This document shows, one piece after another, positions 38,700 to 48,131 of a stretch of DNA of 64,000 nt. How positions within the stretch are numbered: the stretch's first letter is position 1; every line of letters starts with the position of its first letter. The stretch lies in NCBI GenBank assembly GCA_963783305.1, contig CAWAMW010000002.1:416001-480000 (forward strand). The letters run 5' to 3'. A program made the translations under genes and the position numbers. The notes below the pieces were generated by a model. It worked only from the letters and a program-made list of their open reading frames with translations, was not told the DNA's origin and made no database searches. The stretch comes from an uncultured Gemmatimonadales bacterium. GTDB taxonomy: Bacteria; Gemmatimonadota; Gemmatimonadetes; Longimicrobiales; RSA9.

Positions 38700-41600
38700 C
38701 TACGGACGGCCGTGGGGTCCGGTCGTGCCGGAAGGCCAGTCGAGGAGCACCAGCTCGACGCGCCGGTTCCGGGCCCGTCCCGCCGCCGTGTCGTTGTCGG
38801 CCAGCGGCGCGCTCTCCCCGCTCCCGACAGCGGTGAGCCGTGACGGCGCCAGCCCCGTGCGAATCAGCGCGGACCGGACCGCCTCGGCCCGCCGCAGGGA
38901 AAGATCCATGTTCACGGCGGTGGGGCCGGTGGCGTCCGTATGCCCTTCCATCAGGAGCTCGGACTCGGGCCCGGTCCGAAGCAGCGTGCCGATCCGTTCC
39001 ACCGCGGCGAGCGCACTGCCACCCAGCGTGGCGGAACCCACGGCGAACATGCCGCCTCCGAGTATGACTTCGAGGCCCCGATCGGAGCTTCGCACCGCCA
39101 GCACGTCAGGGAGGCTGCCGACCAGCTCCTCGAGGTCGCGCCGCACGTCCGCGTACTCCCGCTGGCGCGCGGCCGCCGCCCCCCGCTCATCCGCTTCGCG
39201 GGACACCGCCCGCTCCAGCGATGTCAGGCGGGAGAGCAGCTCCGCCCGGGTCCGCGCCGCCGCAGAGTCAACCGGAGCTTCCGCGACGACGGCCGCGCCC
39301 CCGGCGCCCCTGGTGGAGTCGACGGCCGCGGAGTCGGCGACCATCGCGTCGCGGGCGGTGTCCGGCGGGGGCGGAGCGAGCTCCGCCACCGCGGCCGTGG
39401 GAATGCCCGTCCCGGCGGGCCGCCGCGTTGCCAGGGGCAGCCTGATTCCACCCTCGAGCGCCCACCGGGACCGCGATCCGGCCATCAGGCGGCTCAGGGC
39501 CGCCGTGACCAGGAACCGGCTGCCCGGGCGCTGCCAGCCGACGTGGACGCCCACGTCGGCCCCCAGACGGAATCCCTCGTAGATCCGGTCCATGAGCTCT
39601 TCGTCCTGGTCGGTGTCGCCGCTCACCGAGCCGCCGACGGCGGTCACCGCCAAGGACAGCGAAGGCAGGAAGTCGTCGAACCGCGGACCATCGACGTAGG
39701 CCCCGACGCTGGCACCCACGTTTCGCACCGTGCCGAACACGGACGACTCGGCGAGGGTGGTGCGCACCCCGGACCGGCTGGCCTCGATCCCCAGGAAGGG
39801 GCGCACCATGGCCGGACCGGGGCTGCGGAACGAGAGGTCGATGGCGGCGCCCACGCCGAGGCGCCCATCCCGGATGGTGGCGGGCCCGACCCGACCCTCC
39901 ACCGCCTGGATGAGCGACGAGCGGGGCGGAATCGCCGTCGTCGTGGCCCGGTCCGGGCCCGACACGGCGGACGGAGTCACCACGGTCACCGGCGTACGGA
40001 GCGACGGCTCCCGGGCCACGTCCTCGCGGACGATCCGGGTCAGCTCCCGGACTTGTTCCTGGAGGGCCACCAGCCTCTCATTCTCGCCCGTCGGGGCGGG
40101 CGCGGCGGGCTGGGCCCTCACCGGCGGCTGAGCCGCGGCCGCGACCGCCGTGTCCATGCGCGCCGCCCACCGCGCGAGCTCGGCGCGAATGAGCGCAGCG
40201 ATGGCGGCGGAATCGGGCACCACCGGGGCGGGCGTAGCCGCAACCGCCGCGGCCGCCGGAGTCTGCGGCTCGGGCACCGCGCGGCCCGCCCGCTCGGGCG
40301 GGGGCCCGTACCGTACGTACAGCTCCCCCACGGCCGGGACCGGGAGTGTGACGACCCGGTCGGACTGGTAGCTCTCCACCTTGCCCGGCACGGCCGTATC
40401 GGGCGCCGCCGCGGCCGGGACAGGGACGGCCGTATCGGGCGCCGCCGCGACCGCGACAGGGACGGCCGGCCCCGCGGCCGCGGCAGGGACGTCCGGCCCG
40501 GCGGCAGCGGTGTCGGCCGCCACGGCCGGCGGGGCCGCCACCGGCTCCACGACCTCGGCCTGCGCCCCCTCCTCCCGGGACGGCTCTCGCGCCGCCACCG
40601 TAACGGGCGTCCGCCCGCCTCGTTGTTTGAACAGGAGGAACGAGACCCCGACGTCCAGCGACAGGTTGTGGCGCAGGTCCGAGGCCTTCGACGCATCCGC
40701 GAGGTCGCCCAGCGTTGTGACATGGTCGCGGAACGTGGCGAGGACGCGCATCCGGTCCCATATCGGGAATCCGACGCCGGCGCCCAGGATGACCGCGTTC
40801 TGGTCCGGGACCGCCAGGCCGGAGTCGTTGACCATGGCATCGTCGAAGAGGGTCTGGCCGTACCCCACGAGCAGGAACGGCGAGAGGCCGGTCACGCGCC
40901 CCAGGTCGAACTGCGCCTCTCCGGCCCAGCCCCACACGTCCTCGAAGGCGTCGAACCCGTCCTGGACTCCGTGCCAGTAACTGCCACGCAGCCCGAAGTA
41001 GGAGCCCAGGTCCACGCCGGCGCGGGCGCCGATCCGGGCCTGGTCGTCCAGCGCCAGCGCGTCGTCGAAGCGGATCAGGCCGCCGAAGACCTCCACCGGC
41101 ACCAGGAGTCCGTCGGTGCCGCCATGGCGAACTTCCTCCACGCTCCGATCCACGACGTCGGCCCGCGGGCTCGGCCGTCCTCCGACCCTGAGCCCCACCT
41201 GGAGCGTGGCCATCAGGTTCCCCCGCAGGTCCTCGGCGGCCGGATCGGCCGGCGACGCCCCGTCCGGGGTCAGCAGCGAGCGATCCATCCGGAGCAGGAC
41301 GTCATGGACCAGGAGGCTCCCCTCCACGCGACGATTCAGGCGGAGCCCCAGCCCCCCACCCCACGCGGCGAAGACGTGGTCCGTCCGGTCACGGCCGTCG
41401 GGGCGGAAGCGCACCACGCCACCGCCCCCCGCCAGGATCGGGGCCAGCGGGGCGGAGCCGAGCCGCAGAAGGACGTCCAGCGACGCGAACGTCGCGTCGA
41501 CCTGGTTCTCGCCTCCGGCGTAGTCGATCTCGCCGAAGCGGGTGTCGACCAATGGCGCGTGCTGCAATCCTGCCTGGAGACGCACGTAGCGTCCGAACCC

Positions 41601-41795
41601 CAGCGTCCCGAGGGCGCCGTAGAGCGGCCCGTCCTCGAGCCCCAGGTCGCTGTTCCACCAGAGGTACGAGCCGGCCGGCGCCAGCCCGAGCTCCAACCCC
41701 TGGCCACCGACGGGGGCCGCTCCCGCCAGCAGGGCCGCAATCGCCGTGAGATACCCTGCAGCCCGGAGCCGGGCCCAGCGATCGATGATGGACAT
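38700..41795 (-). CDS. Large OmpA-family protein with several beta-barrel-like domains
   Basis: Signal peptide, two tandem barrel-like domains, Ala/Pro-rich linker, a third strand-rich domain, and C-terminal OmpA-like domain (EGHTDATG, LSLRRAEAV, GRARNRRVE). Confidence 0.85.
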   Translation of the reverse strand: MSIIDRWARLRAAGYLTAIAALLAGAAPVGGQGLELGLAPAGSYLWWNSDLGLEDGPLYGALGTLGFGRYVRLQAGLQHAPLVDTRFGEIDYAGGENQVDATFASLDVLLRLGSAPLAPILAGGGGVVRFRPDGRDRTDHVFAAWGGGLGLRLNRRVEGSLLVHDVLLRMDRSLLTPDGASPADPAAEDLRGNLMATLQVGLRVGGRPSPRADVVDRSVEEVRHGGTDGLLVPVEVFGGLIRFDDALALDDQARIGARAGVDLGSYFGLRGSYWHGVQDGFDAFEDVWGWAGEAQFDLGRVTGLSPFLLVGYGQTLFDDAMVNDSGLAVPDQNAVILGAGVGFPIWDRMRVLATFRDHVTTLGDLADASKASDLRHNLSLDVGVSFLLFKQRGGRTPVTVAAREPSREEGAQAEVVEPVAAPPAVAADTAAAGPDVPAAAAGPAVPVAVAAAPDTAVPVPAAAAPDTAVPGKVESYQSDRVVTLPVPAVGELYVRYGPPPERAGRAVPEPQTPAAAAVAATPAPVVPDSAAIAALIRAELARWAARMDTAVAAAAQPPVRAQPAAPAPTGENERLVALQEQVRELTRIVREDVAREPSLRTPVTVVTPSAVSGPDRATTTAIPPRSSLIQAVEGRVGPATIRDGRLGVGAAIDLSFRSPGPAMVRPFLGIEASRSGVRTTLAESSVFGTVRNVGASVGAYVDGPRFDDFLPSLSLAVTAVGGSVSGDTDQDEELMDRIYEGFRLGADVGVHVGWQRPGSRFLVTAALSRLMAGSRSRWALEGGIRLPLATRRPAGTGIPTAAVAELAPPPPDTARDAMVADSAAVDSTRGAGGAAVVAEAPVDSAAARTRAELLSRLTSLERAVSREADERGAAAARQREYADVRRDLEELVGSLPDVLAVRSSDRGLEVILGGGMFAVGSATLGGSALAAVERIGTLLRTGPESELLMEGHTDATGPTAVNMDLSLRRAEAVRSALIRTGLAPSRLTAVGSGESAPLADNDTAAGRARNRRVELVLLDWPSGTTGPHGRP

Positions 41796-41814
41796 GGGGA
41801 GGCCTGTGCCTTTC

Positions 41815-42342
41815 TCAGGGAGCCGGGTCGAAGATCACGAGCAGCTGGCCCGGTACGGGATCCAGCAGCTGCTCCGTCTGCCACTCCGGGACCAGCGCGA
41901 GCAGGGCCGACCGGGACACCGTCGTGGAGTCGTCCAGGACCAGCGACCCGCCCGCGGAGACCTCGTAGGTGGAGCGCCGCGGGAGGACCAGTGCGCCGTA
42001 GGCGCTGCCGCTCTCGAACGAGATGGCGACGCCCGCGGGCGTGGTTCGGAACGAGCCATCCACCAGCCGAAGCAGACGCGAGGAGGGGTCCTCGAAAAAG
42101 AGCTGGAGCGTGCCGTCGGGAAGGAGGTTCAGCGAAGCGTCCGGCTTGTCCAGGTCCACCAGCCGCTGGTGGATATCGGCGGCGGGGAGTATGCCCAGCG
42201 GATCGAAGGACAGCTGCGTGAGCCGGTAGGTCCCCACCACGTCCTCGCGCGGGATGTTCGGCTCGACGGGCCCATCGTCCCCACAGGCCCCGAGGAAAAG
42301 GGCCGACACGGCCAGGGCAGCGACCCCGCGAATCCGTTTCAA
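41815..42342 (-). CDS. Hypothetical lipoprotein
   Basis: TTG start after GAGGAGG; LFLGAC lipobox; VVGTYRL lipocalin-like start; directly upstream of the OmpA gene. Confidence 0.7.
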   Translation of the reverse strand: MKRIRGVAALAVSALFLGACGDDGPVEPNIPREDVVGTYRLTQLSFDPLGILPAADIHQRLVDLDKPDASLNLLPDGTLQLFFEDPSSRLLRLVDGSFRTTPAGVAISFESGSAYGALVLPRRSTYEVSAGGSLVLDDSTTVSRSALLALVPEWQTEQLLDPVPGQLLVIFDPAP

Positions 42343-42617
42343 CGCGACCTCCTCGTTTGATGACACCCGTCGCGACCGGACGGCTCTGCGGTGATCGCCG
42401 ACGACCTCACTCCGTCTGCAATATACCCTGTGCCTCCCGGGAGGAGGCATGTCATGTATGCGCCAGTGGGGCGCCCCCTCCTGCTTACGGAAGTGGGCAA
42501 CAAAGTGGGCACCGACCTGGTTGCGCGCCCACCCGCCCCGATACACGTTGGGCCGGGTTGCCGCGGACGGACCGTCCCGGGGACCGACTTCCAGCGCCCA
42601 CCGGTGAGGGGCACCCC

Positions 42618-43220
42618 GTGAGCACCTTCGAGTACCTGTCCGTTCTGTTCTCCGTGGTGGTGGGCCTCGCCGTGGCCCAGACCCTTCAAGGGCTGCTGCG
42701 CGTGGTACGGCACTGGCGCACCGTCCGGATCTACTGGCCGGCCCTGATCTGGACTGCGGCCATCATGCAGTGGACCATCGTCTTCTGGTGGTTCTCGGGG
42801 TCCGGGCTGGGCGGGCTCTCCGAATGGCAGCTGCCGGGCCTTCTGTTCGTCCTTGCCTACGGGTCGGCGCTGTTCTTCCTCCTGGGGCTCCTCTATCCGG
42901 ACGACATGGGAGCGACCTTCGACATGCGGGGTCATTTCTGGGAGATTCGCTCCTGGTTCTTCGGTATCTTCCTGGGGCTGGGCCTTCTGGAGCTGGCCGA
43001 CACCTACCTCAAGGTCCTGCAGGGAACGTCGGCTCTGCGGGATACCGGAGCGGCCGCGTACCTGGGTTTCATGGCCGTGTGGATCGGGGGCGCCGCCGTG
43101 TGCCTGCGCTCCCGGGACGGGCGGCTGGTGTCCGCCATCGGCATCCTGTTCCTCCTGGCCAGCCTCTACGTGGCGTACCGATACGGCTGGGCCATGGGAG
43201 CGGATCTGAATCTCACCTAG
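42618..43220 (+). CDS. Hypothetical multi-pass membrane protein
   Basis: GTG start, STFEYLSVLFSVVVGLAV, about 6 hydrophobic helices. Confidence 0.75.
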   Translation: MSTFEYLSVLFSVVVGLAVAQTLQGLLRVVRHWRTVRIYWPALIWTAAIMQWTIVFWWFSGSGLGGLSEWQLPGLLFVLAYGSALFFLLGLLYPDDMGATFDMRGHFWEIRSWFFGIFLGLGLLELADTYLKVLQGTSALRDTGAAAYLGFMAVWIGGAAVCLRSRDGRLVSAIGILFLLASLYVAYRYGWAMGADLNLT

Positions 43221-43344
43221 ACAGGGTGTGGTTCAGGCGTCGTGCGCGCTGAAGATGGGCGCCGTTGCCATACCGCGACCATATATGCCGAGTCGGCGGT
43301 GGAGACGTAGCGGCCCGACCGTGCACCGTTCGGCAGCCAGGGGG

Positions 43345-45156
43345 CTAGACCAACCCATCCGGCCGCTCCGGCTGCTCCACGTCCAGCAGGGGGTCCTCGA
43401 CGAAATAGCCGCCCGCCTCCCGGGTCGCGGCCGCCACGGCCCGACGACGGTCGTCCACCGCCTCCCCCCCGGCGCCGAGGCCTTCCCGCCCTCGACGGAA
43501 TCGGCGGCCGGCCTCGACGCAGAACAGATCGCAGAGCGCGATCTCCCGTCGGGACGCCGCCTCCCCGTTCTCCTCGATCAGACGCTGTGTCCGCGCAATG
43601 GTGCACGCCGTGGCGTAGAGCTCGATCCCCATCCACGCCAGCCGCTCCAGCACGAGCTGTCGCTCGAGGATCTCCCGCCGATGCTCCATCACCGCCCGCT
43701 CCGCCGCCTGCGCCAGCTCCGCCACGTGCTTCTCGAAGTAGCGGACGTGATCCTCGATCGACGCGTGGACGTCCGTCGGGAGGCGATCCTTCGCACCCAC
43801 CGCCGTGCGCACGCGCCCGGCCGCCCAACCCGTGATGAGGCCCATGTTCCGGAGCGGCGCCCTGAGCGCCGAGCCCAGGGCCTGGAGACGCTCCCCGGAA
43901 TCTCGCACGCCGTTCAGCGCAATGAACAGGAGCAGTACCTCGTTGCCACCCTCGAAGATACGGTTGATTCGCGCGTCCCGGAGCCAGCGCTCGTACGGGT
44001 ACGGCGGCCACTTCTTCGACCCGCCCCGGACGTAGCCCCGCCCACCCGCGAGCTGGACCATGTCATCGGCCGTCTTCCAGAGCAGCTCGCTGGCGAACAC
44101 CTTGGCGGCCGCCGCCTCCAGCGATACGTCCGCGTCGGTCTCGTCCATGGCGGTCGCCAGGTGCCCCACCATGGCGTCCGCCGCGTAGGCCCGGGAGGCC
44201 GCTTCCGCGATCTTGCGCTGCGTGATCTCGAAGTCCGCAAGCGGCCGCTCGAACTGCACTCGGTGCTCGCCGTAGCGGACCAGTTCCCCGGTCAGCCGCC
44301 GCGTCCCCGCAACGCACCCCGAGGCCAGTGACAGCCGGCCCCCGTTCAGGACGTTTACCGCCACGGTGAACCCCTTGCCGGGCTGACCCAGCAGGTGGTC
44401 GTCGGGGACCCTCAGGTCGTCGTACAGCAGGCGCGCCTGCGACGACCCGCGGATCCCCATCTTCCGCTCCGTGTCCTCAACCACGAAGCCCGGCATGTCC
44501 GGCCGCACCAGGAACGCGCTGATCCGGCGCTTCCCCGCCGGTGTGGTGGTCTGGGCGAACGTCGTCAACACGCCCGCCATGTGACCCAGGCCGATCCAGA
44601 TCTTCCGGCCGTTCAGCACCCAGCCGCCATCCCGGCCCCGGACCGCCGTCGTCGTGAGGCTGCGCACATCGCTGCCGGTGGCCGGTTCGGTCAGGGCATA
44701 GGCGGCGTACATCTCGCCCGTGGCCAGCTCCGGCAGGTAGCGGGATCTCTGCTCCTCGTTCCCGTACAGCACGATGGCCTTGCTGCCGAGTCCGCAGTGC
44801 ACGCCCACGATGACCCCCAGCGACGCGTCCAGCGCCGCGACTTCACCGAACACCCGGGCGTACCCGCTGTGGGACAGGCCGAGGCCGCCATACTCCCGGG
44901 GGATGGTGAGGCCGAACAGTCCCGCCTCCCCGAAGGCCGCCAGAACTTCGTCCGACACGGACTCTTCCGCGTCGAACCGGGGCGGATCGATGATGCCGTC
45001 GTGCCGCAGCTCACGGAGCCGCCGGACCAGACGCTCCACCGTCCGGGCTTCGTCGGGGTTGCGCTCACTCAGCGGGGCGGGGAACGGGAAGAGCACCGGC
45101 GCCTCGATTTCGCCGTTGAACAGCTCCCGCAGAAAGGACGGTCTACGCTGCTGCAT
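43345..45156 (-). CDS. Acyl-CoA dehydrogenase (ACAD9/VLCAD-like)
   Basis: YALTEPATGSD, LNGRKIWI, KMGIRGS, RVQFERPL, RDARINRIFEGGNE. Confidence 0.93.
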   Translation of the reverse strand: MQQRRPSFLRELFNGEIEAPVLFPFPAPLSERNPDEARTVERLVRRLRELRHDGIIDPPRFDAEESVSDEVLAAFGEAGLFGLTIPREYGGLGLSHSGYARVFGEVAALDASLGVIVGVHCGLGSKAIVLYGNEEQRSRYLPELATGEMYAAYALTEPATGSDVRSLTTTAVRGRDGGWVLNGRKIWIGLGHMAGVLTTFAQTTTPAGKRRISAFLVRPDMPGFVVEDTERKMGIRGSSQARLLYDDLRVPDDHLLGQPGKGFTVAVNVLNGGRLSLASGCVAGTRRLTGELVRYGEHRVQFERPLADFEITQRKIAEAASRAYAADAMVGHLATAMDETDADVSLEAAAAKVFASELLWKTADDMVQLAGGRGYVRGGSKKWPPYPYERWLRDARINRIFEGGNEVLLLFIALNGVRDSGERLQALGSALRAPLRNMGLITGWAAGRVRTAVGAKDRLPTDVHASIEDHVRYFEKHVAELAQAAERAVMEHRREILERQLVLERLAWMGIELYATACTIARTQRLIEENGEAASRREIALCDLFCVEAGRRFRRGREGLGAGGEAVDDRRRAVAAATREAGGYFVEDPLLDVEQPERPDGLV

Positions 45157-45403
45157 GGTCTCGGTGGCTCAGGGGGGGCTCGTCCGGACGCACCAGTATA
45201 GCGCATTCTCAGGTCAGTGGCCCGCGCCCTGAGCCACCCTGCAGCCTGGCAGTGAACACCGAGCTCACTCGGGCGCGTGAGGGCCGGTGTCGGGTCTATC
45301 GGCGACGTCGTCCAGCCCTCCCTGGAGGAAGAGCGCCAACGGAACCCGCCAGTGGCCATCGGAGTTGCAGCGCTCTGGCTCCTGGACCGTCCCCGGGATC
45401 CGG

Positions 45404-47254
45404 CTACCGCTCGACCACCACGATGGGCCGGCTGGTGACCACGGGCTCCCGCCCGATCGTTCCGAGGCGCAGGTGGAGCGTGTACTGGCCCGGCTCGAGA
45501 TCCGGCAGCTCGAGCGCCATCGCCCGGAAGGCCGAGCCCACCTGGTCGGGGGCGGTATCGCTGAACGAGACCTCCACGGGGCGGTCCGGCTCCAGGATCC
45601 CCAGGAACTCGCCGACGCGGGCGAGGAAGCCCGGTCGGCCGCGAGTGAAGCCGAGGGTCACCTGGACCGGCTCGCGGACCCCGAGCCCGTAGGCCTCCCA
45701 GACGACCACGAACCGCTCGGCGGCGCCAACCTCGATGCCCGGACGGACGTGTGGAATGGCCTCCTCCAGGCTCTCGGGGAACGGGGCACCAGGGGCGAGG
45801 ATCAGGAGATCGGAGACATCGACGGCGCCCGGCTCGAGCGGGTCCTGGCGCACGCCCTGCCGGGCCCTCCACGCGCGCTGGCCGGCGCGGTCCAGCACCT
45901 CCAGGCCGCTCACGTAGCGCCCCGGCGCGGCCCGCAGCGTGAGCACGCCGTCCACTGCGTCGCTGCGAGCGGCCGTCATGGGGCCGCCGCCCACGGGCAC
46001 CAGGAACAGCCCCGACTCGACGGCCCCGGCGAAGGCGCGGGTGTCTGGCCCGCCGTCGGGCGCGTCCTGCCCGGCGGGCGGACCCGGTCGGTACGCGCCC
46101 ACCACGAGCATGGCGTCGCCGCGCCGGAATCGACCCACCTGCGTCTCCAGCGCCCGCATGTCGGGCGCGTACGGCGGGGCGTACCACGTCCTGGCCTCCC
46201 GCGGGGCGCTGATCCAGCTTTCCGGCGGGATATCGGCCGGCGACTCCAGGAAGGCCTCGGGGAAGAGGTACCCCCGGCTCCCGGGGTGGTGGTGGCCGCG
46301 CAGCGTGCGCGTGTCCGCTGGCAGACGCCCGCTGCCGAGTTGCGGGCGGACCGGCGAGCTCGTCTTGCTCCAGCCGATGATCCGGCCGTAGCGGACCAGC
46401 GTCTCCTCGAGGTCTACCTCCCAATCCAGCCCCTGCGGGTGCTCGGCGTCCTGGTGGTTCCGGGCCTCCACGAGCCGGGCGAAGTGGTCGGTGAGACGGT
46501 CGTTGCCACGGACCAGGAACAGCGGGTCGGAGAGCCGCCAGAACAGTTCCGTGACCCGTTCCCGGGACGCGGGCTCCAGCGCCTGGAGCGTGGCTGCGGC
46601 CTCATCCGACAGCACGTACCGGAGCCCGGTCCACCGCTGCCGCTCGGCCTCGGGCATAAGGTCCAGGCTCTGGCGGAACGCCGACTCTGCCCCGACGAAA
46701 TCGCCGCGCACGTGGAGCGAATACCCCAGCAGCGCCACGCACCACCACGTCGCCTCGATGCCGCACACAGACGCGACCTGCTCCGCCGCGTCGTGCTCCC
46801 CCGCCTCCACCATGTAGTGGACCAGCTGCCCCACGACCCAGGGGTCGGCGACCTGATGGCGTACCCGCAGCAGTCGCCCGATCAGGCTTCTCCGCGCCTT
46901 CTCGATCTCGGCCGGCTCCGCCGGGAACTCGGTCTCCCCTTCCCCACCGAACCAGATGCAGATCCGACCGATGAGCTGGTCGCACACCCCGCCCCCTGGA
47001 TCCCGCTCGACCGGGGTCCGGTGCTGCCGCAGGTGCTCGAAGTCGACCTGCGCCTGCCGCGCCTCCGCGACCAGCGCCGCGGAGTCGGCCGGCGCTGCGG
47101 ACTGTCCGGACAGAGCCGCGGGGGCCAGCAGGCCGGCGGGGGCCAGCAGGAGGGAGAGGCACAGCAGCGCACCGGCCGAAGGAAGGCGACGGACACGGTG
47201 GACAGGGTGGACAGGGTGGGCAGCGTGGAGAGGGTGGAGAGGGTGGACTCGCAT
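45404..47254 (-). CDS. Hypothetical secreted protein (TPR-like and GWxTD-like segments)
   Basis: Signal-like segment; WWCVALLGYSLH helix; FWRLSDPLFL..GNDRLTDHFAR; Ig-like C-terminus LEPGQYTLHL. Confidence 0.7.
   Translation of the reverse strand: MRVHPLHPLHAAHPVHPVHRVRRLPSAGALLCLSLLLAPAGLLAPAALSGQSAAPADSAALVAEARQAQVDFEHLRQHRTPVERDPGGGVCDQLIGRICIWFGGEGETEFPAEPAEIEKARRSLIGRLLRVRHQVADPWVVGQLVHYMVEAGEHDAAEQVASVCGIEATWWCVALLGYSLHVRGDFVGAESAFRQSLDLMPEAERQRWTGLRYVLSDEAAATLQALEPASRERVTELFWRLSDPLFLVRGNDRLTDHFARLVEARNHQDAEHPQGLDWEVDLEETLVRYGRIIGWSKTSSPVRPQLGSGRLPADTRTLRGHHHPGSRGYLFPEAFLESPADIPPESWISAPREARTWYAPPYAPDMRALETQVGRFRRGDAMLVVGAYRPGPPAGQDAPDGGPDTRAFAGAVESGLFLVPVGGGPMTAARSDAVDGVLTLRAAPGRYVSGLEVLDRAGQRAWRARQGVRQDPLEPGAVDVSDLLILAPGAPFPESLEEAIPHVRPGIEVGAAERFVVVWEAYGLGVREPVQVTLGFTRGRPGFLARVGEFLGILEPDRPVEVSFSDTAPDQVGSAFRAMALELPDLEPGQYTLHLRLGTIGREPVVTSRPIVVVER
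47191..47248. repeat. 9-nt tandem repeat encoding (His-Pro-Leu/Val)n
   Basis: GGACAGGGT/GGAGAGGGT units; minus-strand translation VHPLHPLHAAHPVHPVHRV. Confidence 0.7.
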
Positions 47255-47421
47255 GGGCGCTCCGGCGGCGGGCGTGGAGACCCGGGCGACGCCGCGTCGT
47301 CGGTCCGGGCAGGCTCGGGCAGGCTCGAGCCTGCCCTGATGACGTACACGCGACCCCACCGCCGGGGTTCCTCGCCGCCCAGGCGCTCGGCGAACGAACC
47401 GGGTGGCCTACCGTGGCCGAT

Positions 47422-47484
47422 TGTCAAGATACCTTGACACACTCACTCCGGCGCCTTACCTATCGATGTCAAGACTTCTTTACA
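47422..47484 (+). promoter_or_regulatory. Two palindromic operators, the first overlapping a TTGACA -35
   Basis: TGTCAAG-ATAC-CTTGACA at 47422-47439 (perfect) and TGTCAAG-ACTT-CTTTACA at 47467-47484, upstream of the XRE operon. Confidence 0.8.
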
Positions 47485-47502
47485 GGAACGGAGCGGTTGG
47501 CC

Positions 47503-47937
47503 ATGGTGGACACGGAACGAGGATCGAGGCGGGCCTGGTGGTGGAACGACATGACGGCGACGGACTGGCGCAACCTGCGGCGGTTCCTGGTGGCGGTGGC
47601 CGCGTGGGCGGTGAGCTTCGTGGGTGGGGAGTACCTGCTGCGGGGAGGTGTCGTGAGCGGCGCGGTCGTTTCGTGGGTGGTGGCGGCGCTCCCGGGCGTC
47701 CTCGGGATCCTGGCGATCGTGGCCTACGCCCGGTACCTGCGGCAGACGGACGAGCTGCAGCGACAGACCCACCTGAGTGCGCTGGCTCTGGGATTCGGAG
47801 GTGGCTGGCTCGCCGTCGCCGGGTACCGGCTGTTCGAGTTTCTGGGTGCGCCGGTGATGGATCGGGGCGGCGTCATGGTGGTGATGGCGGTGGTGTTCAC
47901 GGCGGGGCTGCTGCTCGCGAGAAGGCGGTACGTGTGA
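47503..47937 (+). CDS. Membrane protein coupled to an XRE regulator
   Basis: Four hydrophobic helices; YLRQTDELQRQ motif; GTGA overlap with the HTH gene. Confidence 0.78.
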   Translation: MVDTERGSRRAWWWNDMTATDWRNLRRFLVAVAAWAVSFVGGEYLLRGGVVSGAVVSWVVAALPGVLGILAIVAYARYLRQTDELQRQTHLSALALGFGGGWLAVAGYRLFEFLGAPVMDRGGVMVVMAVVFTAGLLLARRRYV

Positions 47938-48131
47938 GGAACCGGGTGCGCGAGCTGCGCTCGGCGAGTGACTGGACGCAGGCGGAGCTCGCGCGGAGGC
48001 TCGAAGTGTCGCGGCAGAACATCAACGCGATCGAGAACGGGAAATGGGATCCGAGCCTGTCGTTGGCCTTCCGGATCGCCGGCCTCTTCGCCCTGCGCGT
48101 AGAGGACATCTTTGAACCCGACGAGGAATAA
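47934..48131 (+). CDS. XRE-family helix-turn-helix regulator
   Basis: NRVRELR...WTQAELARRLEVSRQNINAIENGKWDPSLSLAFRIA. Confidence 0.92.
   Translation: MRNRVRELRSASDWTQAELARRLEVSRQNINAIENGKWDPSLSLAFRIAGLFALRVEDIFEPDEE

Noticed and set aside
38940..42221. 1093-aa plus-strand ORF
   Set aside because: Antisense shadow of the OmpA-family and lipoprotein genes.
45287..47437. 716-aa plus-strand ORF
   Set aside because: Antisense to a gene with a signal peptide and protein-like composition.
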